64,000 bases of DNA from a virus. The translations under genes and the position numbers were made by a program. A model generated the notes under the pieces. That model saw only the letters and a list, made by a program, of their open reading frames with translations. It was not told the DNA's origin and made no database searches. This document shows positions 20,238 to 29,883 of the stretch, piece after piece. Every line of letters begins with the position of its first letter. The stretch's first letter is position 1. The stretch is from the IMG/VR virus record IMGVR_UViG_3300012988_000003, positions 5,004 through 69,003 of that record. The stretch is one strand, 5' to 3'.

Positions 20238-20819
20238 GTGTCCCGAGACCAACAGAAAAAAGTGACAAACGCCGGTCTGGCGAACAGCGCAGCCGATCAG
20301 GCCAACGCAGCCGCATCATTCGCCGGTACCAACAAAGCACTCGGCGATTACTCGAACCGGCTCAATGAATTCATCGCGGCCAACCCATACAAAGCCGGTG
20401 GCGAGTTCGCGCAGGATCAGTCCCAGATTGCGGCATCGGCGGCAGACACCAGCTCCAACGCCATCAGAGACAAACTCGCGCGCGATGCAATAACGTCTGG
20501 CGAAAACACCGGCGGGTACGCGAACAACGTCGCCGAAGCGCAGCGGCAAGCCACCCGGGACCAGGCGACACACATGGCCGGTGCGGATGCTTCGCGCATT
20601 GGGGCCAAGAGCGCGTACGACAAGGCAGGGCTTGACGCCAGCGCGTTACCGGCAGACCTGCAAGCCAGGCTCTACGGTACGTCGATCTCTGGGGCGAACG
20701 GAGCGCTTGGAGTGGCTGGGGATTCGGCCAAGACACCATCATTCCTCGATCGGCTGGGCGGTAGCTTTGCCGACGCATTCGGCAAGACGCTTGCTACCGG
20801 AACAGGGGGCAACGGTTAA
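20238..20819 (+). CDS. DNA ejection/pilot protein (gp7-like)
   Basis: Ala/Gly/Gln-rich helical protein; position. Confidence 0.6.
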   Translation: MSRDQQKKVTNAGLANSAADQANAAASFAGTNKALGDYSNRLNEFIAANPYKAGGEFAQDQSQIAASAADTSSNAIRDKLARDAITSGENTGGYANNVAEAQRQATRDQATHMAGADASRIGAKSAYDKAGLDASALPADLQARLYGTSISGANGALGVAGDSAKTPSFLDRLGGSFADAFGKTLATGTGGNG

Positions 20820-20822
20820 CCC

Positions 20823-22451
20823 ATGCCAGAAACCCAGGACTATACCTCAGATCAACCGATGACTCTCGGCCAGCGGCTGTTGCGCACCCGTGGCGCAGCC
20901 GCGCTCGAAGACGATCCCACTGGCGAACCGAGCACCGGAGCCACGCCCAACACCAAAGAACCGCACCAGAACACCGGCGCGGCGGCACAGGGCGACTCGG
21001 CGGCACAGGCACCATCCGGTAAGTCATCCATCGGTCAGCGCATGCTCGGCGGATCGAATCCCACATCCGGGATCACGGCCCATAACAATGACGGTTCACC
21101 GGCAGAGATGGCGACCGGGACAGACGCAGCAGGACGTCCGACGATCAGCGTCAAGCCGACAACCCCAGCAGCTCCGACCATCGGCCAGCGCCTTGCGAAC
21201 TTCAAAGCACCGCCAGCAGCACCGCAGCTTGATCCCGGTTACTCTGCTGCTCAGGAATCGGTACGCAAAGACGCGGTAGTTACACCGAAAGTCGATGCCC
21301 AGGGGAACACGCTTCAGCAGTACAAGCCGGGATTCGGTACACGGCTGCTGCGCGGAGTCTCTGACCTGATGACTGGTGGCATACCGGGAGTTCTTAGGGG
21401 CGCGGTCGATCCAACGGCACCCGGGTTCTACGGCAAAGGCGCAGTGAACAACCAGTACACCAAAGATGAGATTGCACGCAACAACCGCCTCAACGCCGAC
21501 AAAGAAGCCGTGAAGTCCATGGACGATGAATTCAGCCAGAAAGAAAAAGGCTACGGCCACGAGCTGACCAGCTACAACGATGAAGCGCGCGCGGCAGGAA
21601 AAGCCGACTCGGACGAGATTAGGAATAAGTACCAGACCGACCTCAATACCGAGCGCACCGCCCACAATAAAGAGACAGAAGACTTGCGGGCCGAAAACAA
21701 CGACCTCAAGGCCAAACCTAAGACCTACGAGGAATACGTCGGTGCCCTCGAAAACGAGAAGGACCCGGGCAAGAAGGCCGTCCTGCAGCGCGTAGTGGAC
21801 CGTCTGGAAAAACAGAAGACAGCCGGCAAGGGGCCGAAGCTCTCAGCCAAAGACCAGTTGAAGCTCGATGCCTACATGCAGGACAACAAGATTGAGGACG
21901 TCGCCGACATGACCTCGGCTGACATCCAGAAAGCGTTGGCCAGCGGGAACGGCGCAGCGCACACCAAAGATCGCCAGAGTTTTGAGGATCACTGGGCAAA
22001 ACGGTACCAGGATGTAGAGAAGCGGTACGATTCCCAGCGCCAAGCAGTCTTGAAATCCTTTGGAGCCGACAAGGATCCCAAACAGTTCGAGAGCAACAAG
22101 GACGAAATTCAGCCCAAGCTGGCCGACATCGAAGCCAAGCGGGAAGCGGACAAGTCAGCGCTCCAGTCCGAGAAAGACAAGGAAGCCGAGCAGTATCAGG
22201 TTTACGGGAAGCCAGCGAAGCAACAGAGCGCAGCGCCCGCGGCGTCACCAGCACAATCCGAAGATTCAAAGATTGAGCAGCCTATAGCTTCGGTTCGTAC
22301 CGGAGCGCCAGCACAGCAGAAGCCGTCTCCGGCAACACCGGGAGCGAAATCAATCAGTAAGGCCGATGTGCAAGCTCTGGCCCAGAAGCACGGTCTGAGT
22401 TATGAAGATGCGGCCAAGCAGTTCACCGGAAAAGGGTACGCGATCAACTAG
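20823..22451 (+). CDS. DNA ejection/internal virion protein (gp20-like)
   Basis: Low-complexity, charged coiled coil; three (T/S)-phi-GQR-phi motifs. Confidence 0.6.
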   Translation: MPETQDYTSDQPMTLGQRLLRTRGAAALEDDPTGEPSTGATPNTKEPHQNTGAAAQGDSAAQAPSGKSSIGQRMLGGSNPTSGITAHNNDGSPAEMATGTDAAGRPTISVKPTTPAAPTIGQRLANFKAPPAAPQLDPGYSAAQESVRKDAVVTPKVDAQGNTLQQYKPGFGTRLLRGVSDLMTGGIPGVLRGAVDPTAPGFYGKGAVNNQYTKDEIARNNRLNADKEAVKSMDDEFSQKEKGYGHELTSYNDEARAAGKADSDEIRNKYQTDLNTERTAHNKETEDLRAENNDLKAKPKTYEEYVGALENEKDPGKKAVLQRVVDRLEKQKTAGKGPKLSAKDQLKLDAYMQDNKIEDVADMTSADIQKALASGNGAAHTKDRQSFEDHWAKRYQDVEKRYDSQRQAVLKSFGADKDPKQFESNKDEIQPKLADIEAKREADKSALQSEKDKEAEQYQVYGKPAKQQSAAPAASPAQSEDSKIEQPIASVRTGAPAQQKPSPATPGAKSISKADVQALAQKHGLSYEDAAKQFTGKGYAIN

Positions 22452-22858
22452 GAACGGGCGAGGTTGAGGAATATACCGGTTCTCTTGTCAGGGTCTATGT
22501 TAGGGTGAAAGGCGTGAGCAAGGATATCGTCCACTCGCCTTGAAGGGGCTTTTACTTCTGGGACTAAAACGTCTCCAACCGTGATCCCTTCTGGAATCAT
22601 GCCGAGAACCGTGCAGTCTTTCACTGTGGCCAGAAACGATCCGCGATGGACTTTGAGGTCTGCCGAGTAAACGTGCAGTCGCATGGCCGCAACGGTCGGA
22701 GCAAGAGAAAGCAAGTTGCCAGTCAAGACATCTTCCGGCTTCGCCACCACAATCTCTTTCGGGATACTGTACACCCTGAATGGCCAGGCACGCTCTGCTG
22801 CTTTACCGGCTAAAGCAAGAGCGGCGAGCGAGAGAAAGTTTCTCCTGTCCATTCGCAA
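22448..22858 (-). CDS. Twin-arginine (Tat) signal protein, antisense insert
   Basis: MDRRNFLSLAALALAG N-terminus. Confidence 0.6.
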   Translation of the reverse strand: MRMDRRNFLSLAALALAGKAAERAWPFRVYSIPKEIVVAKPEDVLTGNLLSLAPTVAAMRLHVYSADLKVHRGSFLATVKDCTVLGMIPEGITVGDVLVPEVKAPSRRVDDILAHAFHPNIDPDKRTGIFLNLARS

Positions 22859-22868
22859 ATAATATCAA

Positions 22869-25800
22869 ATGCCAACTGAAACACCAGACCTCGTAAGCGA
22901 GTTCGAGGATCAAAAACAATCCGCGCCCGATCTAGTCAGCGAGTTTGAGCAGCAGAAGACCGCCCAGCAGCGTCCCGACTTCACCCAGGAAGCGCTTTCC
23001 GGAAAGCTGGCACCAGCAGCCGGTAAGCCGCAAGAACCGAGCGACGGATACTTTACCAATCCGCGCACCGGTATCAGGTCGAAGATGTCAGCCGTTCCGG
23101 AAGCGGACATGGTTCCAATGGTGGATCCTGCCCGGCTAACCACTACTGGACCGGAGCAGATAGTCGGCGGCGGAAGCGATATTATTGACGCAGAGAAGCA
23201 GACAAGACAGGAACCGGGAACCTTTTATAGAAATCCCCGCACTGGCATAAAATCACCGGTTTACTCCCTCCCAGAAGATGCCCGCCGAAAAGAAGTCGCA
23301 GGAGCCGCAGATGTCCTTAGCGGTGTAGGTGACGTGTCAATGCCGCTTGTCGGAGCCTCTGCTTTATCGGCTCCAGTTAAGACCGCAGCTGGATTTGCCG
23401 CGGGAGCAGCACTTAGCGCCGGGGCAGGCAAAGCGGTTCATGGCAAGGTGTCACCGGAAGATGAATCTCTTATTCGGGCAGTGGCTCAATTCATTCCTTC
23501 GGCCGCCGCAGTGGCATCTGGACTTGAGGTCACAGCCGGACGCACACCAGAAGGCGGCTACGCTGCAGGCGCAAAAGCGTTTGGTGGAAAATTTGGAGCC
23601 GCGGTACGCTCAACGCCAGAAGCCTTCGAAGGCGCTGTGAAGGCAGGCGATACTCGGATAGGTGCATCCATCCCGCGCAACGGCGCGCAAGCACCAGCAG
23701 CCACCCAGCCGCCAGCTCTGGACGAAGCTACCGCCGCGATGGTCCGCTACGAGCAGAATGCTGGGAACATACCGAAGCCACCTCCTCCGGTACCGCCACC
23801 GACCCCAGGCCAGCAATTCGGCAACAAGCTCTCCGGTGATCAGGTAGACCATTTAGCCCAGACCATCGCCAAGGCACCGCCGGAATCTCAGAATGCTCTT
23901 ATAGAAGAAGCGCACACCAACCTCACAAAATGGATTTTGGAAAACAATGGCCATGTCTACATTGGGGGCAAGGTCATCCTAGCCAAAAGCCCGGACCAGG
24001 TTGAAGCCTTATCGGCCAAGATCATCAATGACGCTTCGAGCGCGCACGATAAAGCGCAAGACTTAGCGGCCAAGGAAGCCGAGAAAGCCGCCAAGGAACA
24101 AGGGAAGCAGACTACCGCGAAAACTGCCCGGCCATCAGCGCCATCGCCTGCTCCTAAGCCTGCTGCCGCTCCAGCCAAGGTCGAAGCACAGCCAAAAGCC
24201 GAAGCGCCACAAAGCCAGCCAGCAGCCGAGAAACCGGTTGTGCAAAAGGTTGAGGAAAAGCCGCAGACTTCCCAAAATCCGACCGCAAATGAGGGAGCAA
24301 AACAGGAAGTAAAGCCCGTCCACGACTTCGCTTCGACTCAGGTAAACATCGATCCCAAGAGCGAACTTGGCCAGCAGCACGCGCAAGCAGTCGCGGCCAT
24401 GCCTGAGGATCACATCGGGCCAAACGGCAAAGAAGATACGCCGCATGTCACGGTGCGCTACGGGTTGAAGGATGACTCGCCGGAAGCTATCGCCAAGATC
24501 AAAGAGGCAGCTTCGAAGGTTGCGCCGTTTGAGGCCACGGTCGGCAAAACCAGTTCCTTCCCCGCCACCAAAGAAGGCGACCGTCCGATCATCGCGCATG
24601 TTGAGAAATCACCAGAACTTAACGCCTTGCGTTCAGCCGTTGAGGGAGCAGGAGATTTCAAGGAAAACACGCACGGTGAGTACAAGCCGCACGTCACTCT
24701 GGGCTACGTAAAGCCAGAGCATGTTGCCAAGTACGAGGGCGGCAACCATCTGGAAGGCGGCAAGGTTCCAGTCGATCACGTCACGGTAACAAAGCGCGAT
24801 GGAACCAGCGAAACAATCAAACTCGGCGGTAAGCCAGTTCCAGACCTTGTATCCGAGCACGAAGCCGCTCCTGACCTTGTAGCCGAACACGAAGCGCAGC
24901 CGGAGCGCCGGACCAGCGAGGATCGCAAACCGGAGAATGCCGCCCTGCGCGCCAAGTTCGACAAGATGACGCCGGAGGAAAGAAGCAAGGCGTTAGTCGA
25001 GTACCACGAACGGGAAAGAACCAGTGAGAAGACCGGGCTGCCCAATCTCAAGGCATTCGAGGAAGACGCGGCTACCATGGCCGAGTCTCACCCTCACGTT
25101 GGCTATGCAGACGTTGACGACTTCAAGCAGTACAATAATGCGCTTGGTCACCAGGGAGTAGACCAGGCGGTACTTCCGGCCATTGGCAAACTATTTGCTG
25201 ATGCTGCCAACAAGGAACCGAATGGAAGCGTAAAGGTCTACCATCGCTCCGGTGACGAGTTCAATTTCAGATCGAAAACGCCGGAAGCCATCAAGCGGGT
25301 AGTTGGCCGGGTAAACCAAGAGCTCGCCGCAACCACGTTTAAATATCAGACCAAAGACGGTAAGATCGTCGAGAAGAAAGGTACAGGGCTCAAGCATGGC
25401 ATCGGAAGCGACCACGAATCAGCCGAAGCAAACTCAGAAATCGACAGCAAGCTCCGAACCGAAAACGGACAGCGCAGCGGAGCCCGCGACGTACCAGCGG
25501 TGGATTCACCAGGTACCGGAGGGAAGCAAGCTCCTGTCGGTGACGACACCGGACGGAACGGAGTATCCGGTAAAATAACCCGAGAAGGAATTCCTCTAAG
25601 CGATAAAGAGCAGTCTGAATATTCGCAGCAGAAATGCCACGCTCTAACTGCTGCAATGATGCAGTTCGCGCCAGCGGGAGAGCCGCTCGTCGTCGCCTCC
25701 GCATCTGATCCATCATCAATCGCGCATAGCGCATTCCGCATTCCGCACACTGACACGGTTGTAGATTCAAGCGGAGCCTACAAGGGCGTAGAAGCTTTCA

Positions 25801-28800
25801 GGCAGTCGGCGGCGCAACGCTTCAATCTCGGCGAAGATGCCACTGTACGGACAGCGACCGAATCAGAAATCCATAAGATGGTTCCCGGTGTCCCGAAGGC
25901 GAGGGCCATCGGGCAGGCGGCTTCACCCGCAAAGCGGCTTCTCGCATGGGGAGACTCTGTTGCCGGACGGAACGGAGTACAAGGTGGATCAGGAGAAAGC
26001 GGAACCAAAGAAGTAGCACCGACTGATACCGCCTCTGAGAAGAAGCGCATCTACGCCGAGATTCAAACTCTCAACAAAGAGCGCAATTCCATCGGCTTCA
26101 AGATCGACGCCGACCGCATCAATCCCAGCGCAGAAACCAAAGCACTCGTCGAACGCCACACCGAGCTCTCGCGCAAAATCCACGCACTCGATGACGAAGT
26201 AGCCAAGCTGGACGGCCAGCCAACCCGCGCAGAAAAATCAGCCATCGCCAAAAAGGAAGCCGAGAAGCCATTCGGTGAGCGCCCGAAAGAAGCCTTGAAG
26301 TATGGCGATGTTGGCCAGTCTCAGCCGTGGCAGGTTTTAGAAAAAGACTTCATTGCTAAGCGGTTCGAGAGCCAAGCCGAGAGCTACAAACGGGCTATCG
26401 CGGACAAAGAAAAAGAAGTCGCGGCACTGAAGCCGGGAACAGCCAAACGTATAAGCGAAGAATCCAGTTTGAAATTCTGGAAAGAACGTCTCGTCAAACT
26501 TAAGGCTGGAGACGATCCGCGCATTGCGCAGGAGTTTCGCAATGCCTACATCAAGACCGTAAAGGATGCTATCAGCCACGGTAAGCCGGTGCCTCAGTCC
26601 GTCATTGACCAGCACCCGGAATTTACCAAGGCGCAGACCTCACGCGAGACCTACGAGAAGGGTCGCCACACATCATTCTCTAACCGGTCTGTCGCCATCA
26701 ACGACACGATGCAGAAAGAGTTGGGCTTCAAGGCCAAGCGGCAGGATGGCAAGCCAATCACCGATGCGCAGATAAAAGAAATCCACAACTCGGTGAAGGA
26801 TGTCGAGAGTGTGATTGGGTCGCTGGCCGACATCATGCGCGGTGTTGATCTAACCATTGCGCACACAAACGGCAAGTTCCCGTTCCTGATGTCTGACGCC
26901 GCTGGCTTGTTTTCTGAGACCGACAAGCGTATCACGGTCGGACTTGAAAGCATGTTCAGCGCCAAGCCGATTCCAGTGTTCGCCCATGAGATCGCCCACA
27001 TGATCGACATTAAGGGCGGCAACCTGCTCGGAGAAACCACGCGAGTCTTCTCCAAGGGCGGCAAAGGGTACGAGAGTTCGTCGCTGGCAGAGGCCGAAGC
27101 AAAGAGCTATAAGAGTGACCTGATTCGCGAGGCTACTGGCACGATCAACAAGATGCGCGAAGTTCGTGCACTACTGAAGGCCAAAAAGACTGAAGACCTC
27201 ACGCCGGAAGAAAAACTTGAGATCGAAAGCGCGAAGGTAAAACTCGGTCCCTACTGGCGTGACCCACGCGAGGTGTTTGCCCGACTGTTCGAGCAGTACA
27301 TCGCCAACAAGCTTGGCAAGGTCAGCGATGCCGCGCAGAGCCCACAGACCTACGCAAAGCAGCCAGGATACTGGACACAGGATCAGTTCGAAAAGTTCAT
27401 CCCGAAGATTGAGTCAGAGATCAACCGCCGTCTCGATGCCCTGCACGCAAAATACGGCAAGCCAGGGACTGAAGGCCCAAGGGCTGGAAATGGAGTAACG
27501 CCTGCCCAGACAGAGGAGCCAGTAAAGCAGCCGAAGATGACCGAGGCTGAAGTTGATGCGATGGTCGCCAAAGACTACGCTGAGGCCAACGATACAGGTA
27601 AAGTACGCAGCAGGATTTACAACACCATCCTTGCTTCTGCGGAAAAGAAGTTCAGTAAGGGCGAGATCACCAAGAAACAACTTGATGACATAAGGGAAAA
27701 ATACGGCCCAGTCCGCGACTCAAGCACCACACAAAAGATTAACCGCTCCGTAAAGGGCAAACCCTCAGAGCGCGGATTTGCCCATCTGGACATTCCCTCG
27801 GTACTGGCGCACGGTGTAGCTGATCCAGTTACCAGCTTCGTAAAAGACACCATCAAACAGACAGCCGAATCTCGCTCGGTAGACGACAAGCTCTTCGGTC
27901 TCTCCAAGCAGTATGAAGCCGATGTGCTGCGCGCCATCGAACTGATGAAGCAGGTCGGGCCGCTCTCGACACCGGAAGATCAGGCGGCAATCTATCACCA
28001 TCTGGAAGACTCCAGCGTACCGCTTGACTCAAAGCAGCAGGCCGTTCTCGACAAGATCGTCAAACCTTTGATGCAACAGTCCTCGGCCATCCGGTCAGAA
28101 CTGAATACCGCCGGTGTACCGATGGGCGAAGAAGGCTACGTCCACCGCGTTGTGCAAGGAAAGTCGTCACAGCTTGAACGGGCGATGCGCGGCAAGCAGG
28201 GAACCGGCAAAGGAAATGTACTCTCAAGATCCGCAGCGTCACTGAAGCAGCGCAAGATGTTCGCGCTCGAAGACGAAGACGGCAACCGGCAAGTCGTCGC
28301 GATGGAAGGCGGCAGAATTACCGGATTCAAGAATGGGGCGCCGGAAGACCTCGGCGCCAGCCCGCGTCTCAAAGTTGGCGACAACTTCAACGACAAGACC
28401 GCCAAACCGTGGACACTCCAGCAGGCCACCACCAAAGAGATTGAAGCGGCCACAAGCCTGAAGTATTACAAGAACGCTCTGGCCTCCGCGGTGACCGACT
28501 ACCTGCAACTGCTGCGGGCCAAGCGCGCGAACGATGCGCTTGAATCCATGAAGTCCGATCCCGGCTTCAACCAGATGGCATTCAAGAGCGAAAAAGGTTC
28601 GATGCCGCCGGAAGGATGGCGGTCCGTTGATCTGCCGCAGTTCCGCGATTACTACTTTGAGCCGCACATGGCCGAAGTATTGAACCGCTTCGCCAAAGAA
28701 CTGCACCCGGACCCGGTGACATTCCTAGAGAAGGTCGGTAACTTCATGACCGCTTCTCTGTTGCTGAATCCGATCCGGCACGTCTACAACATCGGCAATC

Positions 28801-29873
28801 ACTGGCTGGTAGAACGCGGCGTCTCCGGCACATTCAACCCGCTCACCTGGCCGACAGCAGCAAAGGCCGGAATGAAAGCAATCAAGGCCGTAGTCAACCA
28901 GAACGAAGATTTTCTGTCTGCTCTCGATCACGGCGCACCGATGATGTCGCACCGGACAGACCTGCAACAACTGCACCATGAACTATTCCAGACCATCGTC
29001 GGCCATCTCGAAAAGAACCCATCTATCGCCAACAAGATTGCGGAACTTGTCGGCTACGACAAAGCAGGCCCGGAAGATACCGGAGTGGTCAACGCGGTCG
29101 CCCGCGGCACCGGACTGCGCATGCTGAACAACGTGCGCAAGCTCGGCCAGAAAGCCATGTGGATGTCGAACGACATGATGATGCTCCAATCGGCTTACGA
29201 GAAGATGGCCGGAAACCCGAGCCTGACTTTTGAAGACGCGATGGCTCAGACCGAGAAGCACATCCCGAACTACCGCATCCCGACCAGGATCCTGAACTCA
29301 AAAGCCATGGGCGATTTTATGGGCTCGCGGCTGGCCTCGATGTTTGGACGGTACCACTACGGAGTTTGGCGGTCCTACGGCGAAATGCTGAAGGAATCGC
29401 TCGGCCCGGACAGCACACCGAAAGAACGCCTCAAGGGCCTTGATCACATGATCATGCTCGGGATGATTACTTTCCTGATGTACAAGCTCGTGGACGAGGT
29501 ACTGAAAAAGATCACCGGAGATCACGACGCACGCATGGTTCGCTCCGGCGCATCGGCAGCGCCGAACTCGATAAAGGAAATCATTCAGGGTCACGAAGAC
29601 CCGAGCCAGCTTCTGCGCAACACGTTCACGCCGGCCATCCTGCCGCAAGCCACGGCAGAGGCAATGTTTAACCGTGACTTCTTCTCTGGCGCTCCGGTAC
29701 GCAACCCGAAGCACAGCGCTGGGAAGCAAGTCATCGACGTGAGCAAGCATTTTATGAACGCTCTCGGCCCGGTGCAGCAGTACAACCATGCCACCCGTAA
29801 CAGCCACCCCGCAAAGTCATTCCTGTTATCACAGGTCGGCGTGAGCACCAGCCATCCCAAGAAACACCGATAG
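22869..29873 (+). CDS. Giant polyvalent internal virion/ejection protein: 2H phosphoesterase + GGDEF-like + papain-like + HExxH/LPD1-like domains
   Basis: 2334 aa; PHVTVRY/PHVTLGY; TGLPN..DVDDFKQYN..GH..SGDEF; CHAL..H..D; HEIAH; EVFARLFEQY. Confidence 0.8.
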   Translation: MPTETPDLVSEFEDQKQSAPDLVSEFEQQKTAQQRPDFTQEALSGKLAPAAGKPQEPSDGYFTNPRTGIRSKMSAVPEADMVPMVDPARLTTTGPEQIVGGGSDIIDAEKQTRQEPGTFYRNPRTGIKSPVYSLPEDARRKEVAGAADVLSGVGDVSMPLVGASALSAPVKTAAGFAAGAALSAGAGKAVHGKVSPEDESLIRAVAQFIPSAAAVASGLEVTAGRTPEGGYAAGAKAFGGKFGAAVRSTPEAFEGAVKAGDTRIGASIPRNGAQAPAATQPPALDEATAAMVRYEQNAGNIPKPPPPVPPPTPGQQFGNKLSGDQVDHLAQTIAKAPPESQNALIEEAHTNLTKWILENNGHVYIGGKVILAKSPDQVEALSAKIINDASSAHDKAQDLAAKEAEKAAKEQGKQTTAKTARPSAPSPAPKPAAAPAKVEAQPKAEAPQSQPAAEKPVVQKVEEKPQTSQNPTANEGAKQEVKPVHDFASTQVNIDPKSELGQQHAQAVAAMPEDHIGPNGKEDTPHVTVRYGLKDDSPEAIAKIKEAASKVAPFEATVGKTSSFPATKEGDRPIIAHVEKSPELNALRSAVEGAGDFKENTHGEYKPHVTLGYVKPEHVAKYEGGNHLEGGKVPVDHVTVTKRDGTSETIKLGGKPVPDLVSEHEAAPDLVAEHEAQPERRTSEDRKPENAALRAKFDKMTPEERSKALVEYHERERTSEKTGLPNLKAFEEDAATMAESHPHVGYADVDDFKQYNNALGHQGVDQAVLPAIGKLFADAANKEPNGSVKVYHRSGDEFNFRSKTPEAIKRVVGRVNQELAATTFKYQTKDGKIVEKKGTGLKHGIGSDHESAEANSEIDSKLRTENGQRSGARDVPAVDSPGTGGKQAPVGDDTGRNGVSGKITREGIPLSDKEQSEYSQQKCHALTAAMMQFAPAGEPLVVASASDPSSIAHSAFRIPHTDTVVDSSGAYKGVEAFRQSAAQRFNLGEDATVRTATESEIHKMVPGVPKARAIGQAASPAKRLLAWGDSVAGRNGVQGGSGESGTKEVAPTDTASEKKRIYAEIQTLNKERNSIGFKIDADRINPSAETKALVERHTELSRKIHALDDEVAKLDGQPTRAEKSAIAKKEAEKPFGERPKEALKYGDVGQSQPWQVLEKDFIAKRFESQAESYKRAIADKEKEVAALKPGTAKRISEESSLKFWKERLVKLKAGDDPRIAQEFRNAYIKTVKDAISHGKPVPQSVIDQHPEFTKAQTSRETYEKGRHTSFSNRSVAINDTMQKELGFKAKRQDGKPITDAQIKEIHNSVKDVESVIGSLADIMRGVDLTIAHTNGKFPFLMSDAAGLFSETDKRITVGLESMFSAKPIPVFAHEIAHMIDIKGGNLLGETTRVFSKGGKGYESSSLAEAEAKSYKSDLIREATGTINKMREVRALLKAKKTEDLTPEEKLEIESAKVKLGPYWRDPREVFARLFEQYIANKLGKVSDAAQSPQTYAKQPGYWTQDQFEKFIPKIESEINRRLDALHAKYGKPGTEGPRAGNGVTPAQTEEPVKQPKMTEAEVDAMVAKDYAEANDTGKVRSRIYNTILASAEKKFSKGEITKKQLDDIREKYGPVRDSSTTQKINRSVKGKPSERGFAHLDIPSVLAHGVADPVTSFVKDTIKQTAESRSVDDKLFGLSKQYEADVLRAIELMKQVGPLSTPEDQAAIYHHLEDSSVPLDSKQQAVLDKIVKPLMQQSSAIRSELNTAGVPMGEEGYVHRVVQGKSSQLERAMRGKQGTGKGNVLSRSAASLKQRKMFALEDEDGNRQVVAMEGGRITGFKNGAPEDLGASPRLKVGDNFNDKTAKPWTLQQATTKEIEAATSLKYYKNALASAVTDYLQLLRAKRANDALESMKSDPGFNQMAFKSEKGSMPPEGWRSVDLPQFRDYYFEPHMAEVLNRFAKELHPDPVTFLEKVGNFMTASLLLNPIRHVYNIGNHWLVERGVSGTFNPLTWPTAAKAGMKAIKAVVNQNEDFLSALDHGAPMMSHRTDLQQLHHELFQTIVGHLEKNPSIANKIAELVGYDKAGPEDTGVVNAVARGTGLRMLNNVRKLGQKAMWMSNDMMMLQSAYEKMAGNPSLTFEDAMAQTEKHIPNYRIPTRILNSKAMGDFMGSRLASMFGRYHYGVWRSYGEMLKESLGPDSTPKERLKGLDHMIMLGMITFLMYKLVDEVLKKITGDHDARMVRSGASAAPNSIKEIIQGHEDPSQLLRNTFTPAILPQATAEAMFNRDFFSGAPVRNPKHSAGKQVIDVSKHFMNALGPVQQYNHATRNSHPAKSFLLSQVGVSTSHPKKHR

Positions 29874-29883
29874 GAAGTACCTC

